NCBI GenBank assembly: GCA_043228905.1
Contig: JBHGNT010000008.1
Coordinates: forward strand, 7,254,001-7,318,000
Length of the DNA stretch: 64,000 nt
Direction: 5' to 3'
Source of the DNA: Azolla caroliniana
Taxonomy: Eukaryota > Plantae > Polypodiophyta
The number at the start of each line of letters is the position of its first letter. The stretch's first letter is position 1. Of the stretch, positions 49,421 through 60,305 are shown piece by piece. Made by a program: the position numbers and the translations under genes. The notes under the pieces are model-generated. The model was not told the DNA's origin, searched no databases, and was given only the letters and a program-made list of their open reading frames with translations.

Positions 49421-51540
49421 TCCTCCCGGTTCTCGCCACTGAGAGATTCGCGGTTTCGCTTGTGGTTCGGCCGCACCGTCAGAAATTGGACCGAACGGCG
49501 CCCGTCCTGGCTTTTGACCCTCCCGTAGGCCGAACCGTTGTCCAGCACCTTGGTCTCCATTCGCGCCGCCGTGATGTATGGTTCCCCTAATATGACTGGG
49601 TGCGAGGACGTCTCCTGTACGAAGAAGTGCTGGTCAATCTCGACGTCGCCGATCTTGACTCGCACGTCCGGGCAGGCCCCGTGCAGTTCCTCGGTGGCGC
49701 GCGTCGCCGCCCGTATCTTCCACCCGAGCTTGGTGTTGATCGACCACTTTCCCTTCTTATAGAAGTCCATGGACATCAGGTTTATTTCCGAACCGTGGTC
49801 CACTAGTGCCACCACCGGTTCCTGAACATCTCCGATCTTTACCGGGGTCTCCGTGGTCGCTCGGGCCCAGTGTGGCCTCGAATAGTGGCTCTCCGCCCAC
49901 TCATCGTCCAGCGCCAAGTCGTCGATGTGCGTCGTCCGCACCTCCACCGGTCTTTCCGGTTCCGTCTCCGTCGACAGCCTCTTCCGCTTCACCAAGTCCA
50001 CAATGGAGTCGTGGAACTCCTTCTTAGCGATCCCCAGCACCTCCCGCAATGACAACTCCACTTTGTTGTCGAGGATCCGTTCTTCTAGGACCTTTCGTAG
50101 GTCCGTGGTCCTTTCTATTTCCGTCCCCAGTCGGTATCCGCCCTTCTTGGGGTTATTTTGCGCGCTTGACCCACCGGCATCATTCCGTTGTTGCCCGAAT
50201 CGGGTCTCGTATCGTTGTGAGGGCCCGGCCGCTCCGGCTTTCCCTACTCGTTTGTCTTCTACCAGAGCCTCGTAGTTCCGGCAGGCGGCTTCTACGAAGC
50301 CCGTCTTCTCCTCGACCGGGTCGCTCCACCCGGTTATTTCCCGGACCCGTCTCTCAGCGCGGTCCGCTTCATCTTTCCTCAGTCGTGCGCCGGCGAGGCC
50401 TTCCAGCATTGCCGACCAGAATCCGTCTTTGCTCTCCTTTCGGGCCTCGCTGCCCCCGACCCGAATACCGGCCGACGCCGAGTAGTGGATGGCCTCCACA
50501 TGTCGGACCGCTGCCTCTTCCATCAATCTCTTCATACCTCCTCGCTCGTCGTTCCGGTTTAGGGCCCTTCTAGTATCGCCGGCGTGCACCCGGCCTTCCC
50601 ATAGGTACACCACCCGGTTCCTCAACGCCTCTGCGAAATCGCCGCAGTCCTTCCGAATGTGGCCGACCTCGTCGCACCACATGCACCTGTTCCTTGCTAC
50701 CGGCCGTCAGGCATGAGCCGGTTCGCCGCCTTCCCTTCGAGTCTGGGCGATCTGGAGATCCTTTATCGCCCGCGTCAACTCCTCCAGCGCTACTCCTCCG
50801 AACGAGTCATTGACCATGCCGGTCGGAGCCGACCCGGTTTCGAGCCACTCGTGGGCTTCTGCCCTTCGCCCTTGCGGTGCCGGTTCAAGCCTCCTTGCTG
50901 TGACAGAGCCCACACCGGCTGCCCCGTTATCAGCCCATTCTCGCCATTTGTCGAGACGGCCACAGACTCTCTTAACCGCAGCCCAGTCGGTCGTCAGCCC
51001 GTCTTCGGTTTCCAGCAAGGAGCCGACTTGATCCCGGTCCCGCTCATCCACCGACTTGATGAATAGTAGGACCCGGCTCGTATCCAAAATGGTTCGGTCG
51101 AGCGCCGAAAGGCGCGCAAAGCATTCTTCAAACTCCCGGAGGAGCGCCGACGTGTTTCTTCCCTTGCCGGGGGACTCCACCCATTCCATGAAATCCCGTT
51201 TCGAAAGCCGGAGCACGTCTTCCAGCCTGTATTTTTCTAGGAGTCGGCCTTCGAACTCCTCCCAGGTACGGCTCTCCGCCCGTACCTCGAGCACCTCCGC
51301 ATGGATGCTCGGCATCGCCACTCGAGGGAATCCGGCAAGACGCCTCTCTTCCGGAATGTCCCGCATCAGCATTTCTGCCCCATAGGATGCCAAATACTTC
51401 GTGGCATCCTTTCCGCTGAACCGGTCGATCGTACCGACGACCGCCTCAATGGCTCTGTCGAGGGCGTCGGTGCCCTCGCGTGCGCTCAATATCCGATCCA
51501 CGGCCGAAGCCATGGCCTCTGCAAGATCCGACCCCCTCAT
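49414..51540 (-). pseudogene. F gag-protease, frameshift near 50700
   Basis: ORFs 50707-51540 and 49414-50682 are colinear with E. Confidence 0.9.
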
Positions 51541-52053
51541 CTTCTGCTCTTCTACCGCCTCTTTCACGTCGGGTTCACCAAGATGTCGAGGTATTCCTCG
51601 CGGATGCGTGGAATGAGGCGGGGCCTCGGGGGTCTTGTACCGAAGAGCAAGAGACAAAGGAGAAGGGAAGGGACCCACTACGTGTGGGCGTAGATTCATA
51701 GGGACACGGCCCTTCGACACAAAGACGCGAGTGGGACACGACGCAGAGAGACACGAATGTATGTATCTATTAACAAGGACAAACAACAAGAAGCACGAAG
51801 TCAGTTACAACCGACCAGGCCAGCGAACAGATGCCGATGCCTGTTCGTAAACGCTTAGAAAGAAAGGAGTAGGTTGGAGGTGCTGCCGGAAGCACTCGGG
51901 CATTCCTCAGAGCAGCGCGAGCCTCCCGAAACCCTGCACAGAAAGAAGCTACGGAGTATGGAAGAGAGAGAAGCCTTCGGCCCACAACCCGACAACACTT
52001 CGTCCTCTCTAACCGTGATCCCCCTTTTCTCTCCTCCTCGTCTCCCTCCTTTT

Positions 52054-55000
52054 TGTTGGGTTTCGATCGTTCGATTAACCTTCTCCACTCGGCCACAACC
52101 GAGTAATCGCGGATCAATGCAGCAGAAAATAGGAACCAAACGAAGAAACAAAACGCGAACACAAGGATTAACGTGGAAAATCCTAAAGGGGAAAAACCAC
52201 GGGAGTACGAGACTCCAAACCAACACTATACAAACGAAGTATACAATGGCGAGCTGCAAGGCGACGACCTTGAGCTCGCTGTCCTCGCCACAGGCGGCGG
52301 AAGTACACAGAGGCGTCGACCTCTTCCTCTCTCTCTCTCTCGCGATCTATCTCTCTCTCTCTCACGGCTGCTCTCTCTCTTCACTCCTCTAGAGTGGAAA
52401 AACAGAAAAATGAATAGCAACACAAAAACAGTTTGCCCTAAGTCATATTTATACATATATGACTTTGGGGCTATTTACAACTATAGCCTCAGGGGCCCTT
52501 AGCAGACATATTCACGGATATGTCCCTGCATCCGGATCTCTTCTTCGGGTACATTCGTCATCCGACTCTGACGTCGGGGTCTTCATCATCCGGTTCCGAA
52601 ACCGAAACCGGGCTTGTCGGCATTCACCTTCGGACATCCGACCATCCCATCCGAAAGGGACCGTAATCCCAACAAACTCCCCCTTCACTTCGGCATGGGA
52701 TGTCTCTCCAATCCGATCCTCTTCCGACATGCTTCCAGCTTGTCGGGTGTGAGCACCTTGGTCAGCATATCCGACCCGTTCTCGTCCGTGTGGATCTTTG
52801 TCAGCACGAACTCCTTGTCTTCTATCCTTTCCCGGATCCAGTGATATCTTCGCTGGATGTGCTTCGTCCGGGAGTGATAGGCCGCGTTCTTCGCAAGGTG
52901 GATTGCACTCTGACTGTCGCAGTAGAGTCGGTACTCCTCCTGCCGGATACCGAGCTCTCTAATGAAGTCCTTCATCCATATTATTTCCTTGCCGGCTTCA
53001 ACAGCTGCCATGTACTCCGCCTCCGTGGTTGACAACGCAACCGTCTTCTGCAGCCTCGATTGCCATGAGACAGCTCCCCCTGCATACGTCATCACATACC
53101 CTGATGTGGACCGGCTGGTATCTGCATCAGCCGACATATCCGAATCGGTGAAGCCGTCGAGTTCGGGCTTGCCGGAGCCGAATCGGAGACACACGTTTGC
53201 CGTGCCCTTCAGGTATCGGAGTATCCATTTCACCGCGTTCCAATGCTCTTTGCCGGGATTGCTCATGTACCGGCTCACCACTCTGACTGCATATCCTATG
53301 TCCGGTCGGGTACACACCATAGCGTACATCAAGCTCCCGACGGCAGAGGCATATGGTACTTTCATCATGTCCTCCTTCTCAGCCTTTGTCTTGGGGCTTT
53401 GCTTGCTGGACAGCTTGCAGTTTGCCGGGAGTGTTGATCCGACCGGTCTTGCTTCCGACATATTGAACCGGTGAAGCACCTTCGTCACGTACTTCTCCTG
53501 TGACAGCCACAGCTGCTTCTTCTTCCGGTCCCGGATGATGTGCATCCCTAGTATCTGCCTCGCCGGACCCAAGTCCTTCATTGAGAAGGTTCGGTGAAGA
53601 GCCTTCTTCAGCATCCGTATCTTGACCTGGTCCCGTCCGACGATCAACATGTCGTCCACGTACAGGAGGAGTATTAGGAAGTCTCCTCCTTCGAACTTCT
53701 TCACAAACACGCAGTGGTCGGACTGCGTTTTGAGGTACCCTTCGTCGGTCATGAAGGAGTCGAATTTCCGGTACCATTGCCGGGGAGCTTGCTTCAGTCC
53801 GTAAAGGCTCTTCTTCAGCCGGCATACCAGGTGCTCCTTCCCTTTCTTCTCGTATCCTTCCGGTTGCTGCATGTAGATCTCTTCATTGAGGTCACCGTGA
53901 AGGAATGCCGTCTTCACGTCCATCTGTTCTACCTCGAGGTCCATGCTTGCCGCTATGCTCAGCACCGTCCGGATGGAGGTCATCTTCACTACCAGGGCAA
54001 ATATCTCGTCGAAGTCGACGCCCTTCTTTTGCTGAAACCCCTTCACCACGATCCTGGCTTTGTATCTCGGGGGGTTTTCGGCATCTCCCGGTTTCAGCTT
54101 GAACACCCACTTGTTTCGAAGTGCCCGCTTTCCTTTCGGCAACTCCACAAGTTCATATGTGTGGTTCTCATGCAGGGAATCCATCTCGTCCTGCATGGCA
54201 CTCAACCACCTGCGACTCTGGGTGTCATGTTTTGCCTCTTCAAAGCTCTCCGGCTCCCCCTCGTCGGTTAGCAGCACGTGCTCTGGTTCCGGAAATCTCC
54301 GGGGGGCCCTTCTCTCTCTTAGAGGATATCTCCGTTCAGAAGCTTCGGTAACCGGTTCTTCCGATTCTTCTTCTTCATCCGAATCCAGTTCGGGGTCGGG
54401 GCCGGTTCCGGTATCGTTTTCATCTTCTTCGGCCGGTTCTGTTTCTTCACCGTCTTCGGCCGGATCCTCGAGTGCTAACCGGTCCCTTGCCGGTCGGGAC
54501 TGTTCCTCGTAGAGTTTATCCTCACCGGTCGACTTGGAGCTCTTCATCTTCTTCTCCGACTCCCAGTCGGCGAGTGTCTTGTCCTCCATGAAGATGATGT
54601 CTCGACTCCTGAATATCTTCTTGTCGACCGGGTCCCATACTCGGTAGCCGAACTCGTCGTCGCCGTAACCGAGGAATATGCATGGCCGGGTCTTCGGATC
54701 TAGCTTTCCTCTCCGGTCCTTTGCCACATGCACGTATGCGAGACACCCGAACACCTTCAGATGCCGGTAAGATACTTCCCTACCGGTCCACACTCTCTGC
54801 GGCGTGTCTCCGTCCAAAGGTACTGAGGGTGATCTGTTTATCACGTATGTCGCCGTCGACATTGCCTCAGCCCAAAACCCCTTGGGTAATTTCGCATGCG
54901 CCAGCATACTCCGGACCCTCTCCATTATGGTCCGGTTCATCCTCTCGGCCAGCCCGTTCAGTTCCGGCGTCTTCGGCACAGTAAACTCGAGCCGGATTCC

Positions 55001-57411
55001 CTTCGAGCGACAGTACTCCTGGAACTGTCCCCGGTATTCCCCTCCGTTATCCGCTCGTATCGCTTTCAACTGCTTGCCGGATTCTCTTTCCACTCTCGCG
55101 TGGAGTTCTTTGAAGACGCCCAACACTTGGTCCTTTGTCTTCATCGGTGCCGTCCACAGTTTTCGGCTATGATCATCGATGAATGTTACGAAGTACTGGG
55201 CTCCGCCATGTGACTTCGTTTCTACCTGACACACATCGGTGTGCACCAACTCCAATGGTGCTCTACGTCTCGTCGGTGGCCTTGAGTGGAAGGAGGTTCG
55301 GTTCTGCTTACCGGCCAGGCAATCGGTGCACTTCTCCAGGTGCACATGCTTCACTGGAATAAGGTTGTCTTCTGCAAGCCTCTTCATCCCCTTCTCACTT
55401 ATGTGGCACAGTCTCTTGTGCCACAACTCACCGGCAGTGTCGGCTGCCACATTCAGCTCTTCCGGACATAACCGGGCATTCATCAGGTACAGGGTGTTGT
55501 CTTTCCGGGCCCGAGCCACTATCAGGCTCCCCTTGCTGAACTTCATTACGCCGTTCCGGATGCTACCTGTGTAGCCTTCATCGTCTAGCCTCCTGGCCGA
55601 AATCAGGTTCAATCGAACTTCCGGAACGTGTCGGACATCCTTCAGCAGCATTTTGCATCCGGTCGGGGTTGTCAGCCACACATCTCCTACGCCGGCAATC
55701 CGGCACGTACCTTCATTTCCCATCCGAACACAGCCATGCTCACCGGCTGTGTAGGATGAGAAGTATCTTCTCTCCGGGGTCAGGTGGAACGATGCTCCGG
55801 AATCGACCACCCAGGTCGTCTCATCGCCGGCAATGTTTAGTTCACCTTCTTCGGTGATGACCATGATTTCTTCCTCACTTGCCACGAGTGCCGTCGTTCC
55901 TTTCCTGTCCTGCCCTCGCCGATCCGAACCTCTCCGGTCCGTGGCTCCCCGGTATGCACCGTTTCTCTCCGGTGACTTCTTCGAATCGGGGTCGTCGGCT
56001 CCGTTGTCTTTTCGATAATGCCGACAATTCTTTCGGAAGTGCCCCGGCTTCCCACAGTGGAAGCATGTGGGCCTTCCTCTTGACTGCGACCGGGTCCCCG
56101 ACTTCTCCCGTCTTTGCGGACTCCGGTTCCATTGTCTTCCCCGATCCGATTCGGTAAGCAGCGCCTTCGGGTCGGAGGCCGGTTCTTTATCTCTCCGACG
56201 CGCTTCCTCATTCAGAATACTCGTCTTTACCGTTTGCAAGGACAAGTTATCTTCTGTGCAGGAGGTGCTGAGAGTCACCACCAAGTTCTCCCAGCTTTCC
56301 GGCAATGTACACATCAGGATGATGGCTTGCATTGCATCCTCCAACGGGAACTTGATCGCCGCAAGCTGATTCACGAATCCCATGAACGTGCTTACGTGTT
56401 CCACCATACTCTCGCCGTCTCGATACTTGAGGTTCACTATCTTCCTCATCAGGGAGGTCCGGTTCAACGCATTCTTCCTCTCGTAGAGGCCCGACAGCTT
56501 CTTCCACATCTCATATGCGTTGGTGTCGTTCGCCACATGTTGTAGGACGCTTACATCGACATATTGTCGGATCGTCGCTACGGCTTTCCGGTTCAGGAGC
56601 TTCCACTCCGACTCAAGTACCCCTTTCGGTATTTCCGACCTGTCAATCGGTTCGTACAGGTCCCGAACAATCAGAAGATCTTCCATCTTGATCTTCCAGT
56701 CGGCGTAATTCTGCGCATTCAGCACCATCATCCCCGGCTGCCCGCTGCCGCCGCCTTCCATTTTCTGCAACAATCGCTCTGATACCAGTTTGTTGGGTTT
56801 CGATCGTTCGATTAACCTTCTCCACTCGGCCACAACCGAGTAATCGCGGATCAATGCAGCAGAAAATAGGAACCAAACGAAGAAACAAAACGCGAACACA
56901 AGGATTAACGTGGAAAATCCTAAAGGGGAAAAACCACGGGAGTACGAGACTCCAAACCAACACTATACAAACGAAGTATACAATGGCGAGCTGCAAGGCG
57001 ACGACCTTGAGCTCGCTGTCCTCGCCACAGGCGGCGGAAGTACACAGAGGCGTCGACCTCTTCCTCTCTCTCTCTCTCGCGATCTATCTCTCTCTCTCTC
57101 ACGGCTGCTCTCTCTCTTCACTCCTCTAGAGTGGAAAAACAGAAAAATGAATAGCAACACAAAAACAGTTTGCCCTAAGTCATATTTATACATATATGAC
57201 TTTGGGGCTATTTACAACTATAGCCTCAGGGGCCCTTAGCAGACATATTCACGGATATGTCCCTGCATCCGGATCTCTTCTTCGGGTACATTCGTCATCC
57301 GACTCTGACGTCGGGGTCTTCATCATCCGGTTCCGAAACCGAAACCGGGCTTGTCGGCATTCACCTTCGGACATCCGACCATCCCATCCGAAAGGGACCG
57401 TAATCCCAACA
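52054..57411 (-). mobile_element. Element H: intact young Ty1/copia (Tnt1/Tork-like)
   Basis: 621-bp LTRs 52054-52674 and 56791-57411, apparently identical; TSD CTTTT; iMet PBS TGGTATCAGAGC 56776-56787; PPT GAAGGGGGAG. Confidence 0.97.
52685..56761 (-). CDS. Copia gag-pol polyprotein, 1358 aa, uninterrupted
   Basis: First ATG after the PBS (MEGGG); CFHCGKPGHFRKNC, WVVDSGAS, LWHKRLCH, DDE integrase, YVDD, RNase H. Confidence 0.96.
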   Translation of the reverse strand: MEGGGSGQPGMMVLNAQNYADWKIKMEDLLIVRDLYEPIDRSEIPKGVLESEWKLLNRKAVATIRQYVDVSVLQHVANDTNAYEMWKKLSGLYERKNALNRTSLMRKIVNLKYRDGESMVEHVSTFMGFVNQLAAIKFPLEDAMQAIILMCTLPESWENLVVTLSTSCTEDNLSLQTVKTSILNEEARRRDKEPASDPKALLTESDRGRQWNRSPQRREKSGTRSQSRGRPTCFHCGKPGHFRKNCRHYRKDNGADDPDSKKSPERNGAYRGATDRRGSDRRGQDRKGTTALVASEEEIMVITEEGELNIAGDETTWVVDSGASFHLTPERRYFSSYTAGEHGCVRMGNEGTCRIAGVGDVWLTTPTGCKMLLKDVRHVPEVRLNLISARRLDDEGYTGSIRNGVMKFSKGSLIVARARKDNTLYLMNARLCPEELNVAADTAGELWHKRLCHISEKGMKRLAEDNLIPVKHVHLEKCTDCLAGKQNRTSFHSRPPTRRRAPLELVHTDVCQVETKSHGGAQYFVTFIDDHSRKLWTAPMKTKDQVLGVFKELHARVERESGKQLKAIRADNGGEYRGQFQEYCRSKGIRLEFTVPKTPELNGLAERMNRTIMERVRSMLAHAKLPKGFWAEAMSTATYVINRSPSVPLDGDTPQRVWTGREVSYRHLKVFGCLAYVHVAKDRRGKLDPKTRPCIFLGYGDDEFGYRVWDPVDKKIFRSRDIIFMEDKTLADWESEKKMKSSKSTGEDKLYEEQSRPARDRLALEDPAEDGEETEPAEEDENDTGTGPDPELDSDEEEESEEPVTEASERRYPLRERRAPRRFPEPEHVLLTDEGEPESFEEAKHDTQSRRWLSAMQDEMDSLHENHTYELVELPKGKRALRNKWVFKLKPGDAENPPRYKARIVVKGFQQKKGVDFDEIFALVVKMTSIRTVLSIAASMDLEVEQMDVKTAFLHGDLNEEIYMQQPEGYEKKGKEHLVCRLKKSLYGLKQAPRQWYRKFDSFMTDEGYLKTQSDHCVFVKKFEGGDFLILLLYVDDMLIVGRDQVKIRMLKKALHRTFSMKDLGPARQILGMHIIRDRKKKQLWLSQEKYVTKVLHRFNMSEARPVGSTLPANCKLSSKQSPKTKAEKEDMMKVPYASAVGSLMYAMVCTRPDIGYAVRVVSRYMSNPGKEHWNAVKWILRYLKGTANVCLRFGSGKPELDGFTDSDMSADADTSRSTSGYVMTYAGGAVSWQSRLQKTVALSTTEAEYMAAVEAGKEIIWMKDFIRELGIRQEEYRLYCDSQSAIHLAKNAAYHSRTKHIQRRYHWIRERIEDKEFVLTKIHTDENGSDMLTKVLTPDKLEACRKRIGLERHPMPK

Positions 57412-58180
57412 CTTTTATAGGCAAGAAAGGAGCCGTTTCCCATTAACTTCCTACCTACCGAATCTACCTACCTAGGATCTTCTATGTACCTAATTCTCCC
57501 TTATGTACTACATAAGACGCACGTGCTTGAAGAGCCGGTTCCTATGCTCCGGTGCACCGATTCCGCTTGTGGACGGTTTTCTTCACGACAGCGTGCGCGC
57601 CCTTTAATGTATATAATAGAGAATTAGGTACAAAGGTATATCCTAGGTAGTTAGATTCGGTAGGTAGGAAGTTAATGAGGGAAACGGCTCCCTTCTTGAA
57701 GTTATAAAAGAGAGGGAGACGCGGGGAGAAGGGGGATGATTATTATTGAGGAGGACGAAGTGTTGTCGGACCGTAACCGAACGCTTCTCCTCTATTCGTT
57801 CTCCATCGCTCTTCTCTGCAGGTTTTCGGGGGGCTCGCGCTGCTTCGAGGAACGCCCGTGTGCTTCCGGCAACACCTCCATCCTATCCCCTTTCGTGCGC
57901 AGACGAGCAGGCATCGACATCTGTTGACCGGCTTGTTCGGTTGTAACCACTCGCGTGCTCTGTTGTTTATTTGTCATTCATAAATATACAAACATTCGTG
58001 TCTCTCTGTCTCTGTGTCCATTCGTGTCTTCTGCGTTGACAGGGTCGTGTCCCTGAGTTTCTTTGCTCATACGTAACCGAGCGTCTCTCTCTTTCTCTTT
58101 CCCCTTCTATCACCTGCTCTTTGGTTCAAGACCCCGATGGTCCCGCCTCGTTCTCCACGCACGCGCGTAGTAACGCGACA

Positions 58181-58257
58181 CCGTGGGCAAAAAACCATGG
58201 TTTTAGCCCGTGGTTTTAACCCATGGTTTCAGCCCGTGGGTTTAGCCCATGGTTTTT
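58181..58257. repeat. ~13-bp minisatellite (CCRTGGTTTTAGC) in C 3' LTR
   Basis: About 5 diverged units. Confidence 0.7.
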
Positions 58258-58563
58258 GCATGGAGAGACCTATAAAAGCTTGTAGTTGGGCTTGTGTAAG
58301 GGAGGCAAGTGATGTAAGTAAAAAAGAAACTTTTAATCAAAGATCTGAGTTATCCTAATGTTGATGTATCTTGTCTCGTAAACTAAAGTCAAGGGTTCAA
58401 TCTGAATCTGAATCTGAATCTCTCTCTCTCTCTCTCTCTTCATCCATCTATCTATCTTCAATACTTTCTCGCTTACGCCACTAAAAACATCGAATCCTTC
58501 CGGTCTACGACCCCGGTGGTTCCGCTTCATTTCGTGAACACCCGAGGATTTCCTCGACATCGG

Positions 58564-60305
58564 TTTCCGTTGATCGTCGAAGCTTATCCTTCTCGTGTAG
58601 CGGCTTCTCCTTTTCTTCCTTCAATTGGTCATTTAATTGGCAGGTTTTCCGGAGATTTTCTTCGAGTCTTCGTTTCTCATCCTTCGCTGCCTTCTTCTAC
58701 TCTCGTTCTCTAGCCCTCAAGGCCTCCTGGGCTTCTAACTCTTCCCTGAGAGTGGAGAGTTCTTGTTCTCGTGTAATACTTGTGTCTGGTGTTGTAGGAG
58801 CTACCAGCGTGTTATCCATCAGTTCAGTCACTGGCAGCATCGGTTCTAGTCCTATCGGCCCCGTATTGACCTGTCTGGCCGCATTTGCTTTTGCCTTCTC
58901 AACATCTTCCTCCTTGACCGGGCCTTCTCGAGTTCTTCGATTGTGGCGAACAACCGATCCCATTGTGCTCTCTCTTCCGCTTCAACTGGCTTACCACCCC
59001 GGCCACCTGCTCTCTGATCCATCACAGCCATTGACTATCGGTGCCTTGTTGCCTTGCCGGTTCTGGTTGCAGTGTTGGCTCTGCTCTCACCACAAACCCT
59101 TGTTGTAATGTCATCTCTCGCGGCAACTCCTTCTCTTGTTGTGCCTGTTGACTCGGTGAGATTGGTGCTTCTGTTACCGTTACTGGCTGAACAGGCTTTG
59201 TTTTCTTCCTTGGCTCTAGTCCCTCAGAGTGGGGTGTCGGTGTGCTATCCTTTACCAAACCCGCTTCGTCCCTTTTCTGCTCCGCGTCGCTTCTCTTCCA
59301 ACGACGTAGGAGAGTATCAACGGGTTCTTCCTCCGCCTCCTCCTCTTGGGTTCCCATGTTTATCACTTGAGCCAAGTTAGGCGGCTCTTGCTCTTGCCGA
59401 CGCAATTTGATTTTAAGAGGCCTAACCGGTTGCTCTAACTCTGCATGCCGCTTCTGACTAGACTGCTCCTTTTCTTTTTGTGATGAACCCCCCTCTGTCC
59501 AATCAGGAGCGTGTTTGGCAAGGAGTTGTTGTCGCTTCGAGGGCTTGTTTGGCGTCGTATCGGCCGTTCAGCTCTGCGTCTTTGCCTTTAATGTTAGCAT
59601 TGGCGGTACCACGAGAGTGAGCCATTGAGCCATTGTTGTCCACACCTTCTTGCCGTCTACCACCAATTGTATGGCCGCTCGCAAACAATCAACGATGATT
59701 ACCGTCCAATACACTTTTACTCCTTCGTATGTGGCGATGATGAATCCGGCTTTGTTCTTTGGCATTGTCGAGGGTCGGGGTTGCACAAACCCGTACTCGT
59801 GGAGCACACGAGCTACTTCTCGGAACAGGGCGTCGTCGCCGCCCTGTGTTCGGTATGCTTTGCTGGCGAGGGAGTACTCCCCGAAGAACTTCGTCAACGT
59901 CTCTGGGGAAGGATTCTCAATGGAGTAGATCCCACCCTCTGGCAATCCGATTAAGGCGCATATGGCCTCCTTCGTAATTACTTCTAGGTCGATCTTCTTC
60001 GCGACCTTTTCTGCTTCTTTGTGTGGAGGTGCCTCTGCTATCTGTAGGAAGCCCTCCAAGCCATGTTGAGTGAACCATTTCTTGGCAGTCTCGGAAAGCG
60101 CCATGGGCTCCAACATGTCCTCTGTTTTGGTGTAGATGGGGAGCTTTGGTGTGCCTGTGGTAGCTTCTGGCGTTCGCCTAATCACCTGTATCCGCCTCTG
60201 TGTGCTAAGTGCTCTGTGTTCACAAAATGAGAGAGACTCTATTATGTAGAGGTTTTGTGTTCCCATCCTTGCCGCCTTTTCTCGATTCCCGCGCATGCAC
60301 ATCAT
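58564..60305 (-). pseudogene. N-terminal part of element B antisense ORF (accessory protein, plant-mobile-domain/Transposase_28-like by inference)
   Basis: ORF fragments 59568-60305, 59022-59405, 58697-58963; ITKEAICALIGLPEGG motif. Confidence 0.6.

Larger units (their letters stand above)
45203..57590 (-). mobile_element. Element F: full-length tRNA-Trp-primed gypsy inserted in E 3' LTR, opposite strand
   Basis: TSD GCGT; 3' LTR 45203-45846; 5' LTR 51584-52053 plus 57417-57590; PBS 51565-51580; PPT 45847-45860. Confidence 0.96.
38177..58180 (+). mobile_element. Element E: full-length tRNA-Trp-primed gypsy inserted in C 3' LTR
   Basis: TSD CCGT; 5' LTR 38177-38829; PBS TGGTGAACCCGACGTG at 38834; 3' LTR 45136-45202 plus 57595-58180. 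Confidence 0.95.
22847..58559 (+). mobile_element. Element C: non-autonomous tRNA-Trp-primed gypsy (gag plus acidic repeat region, no pol); hosts D and E
   Basis: TSD TCGG; 5' LTR 22847-23970; PBS TGGTGAACCTGAGGTG at 23979; gag 24042-24238 plus 35790-36216; PPT before 37905; 3' LTR 37905-38176 plus 58185-58559. Confidence 0.82.

Noticed and set aside
56762-56899. N-terminal 46 aa of the 1404-aa ORF call
   Set aside because: Starts at a non-ATG codon inside the LTR and crosses the PBS; the likely start is the ATG at 56761.
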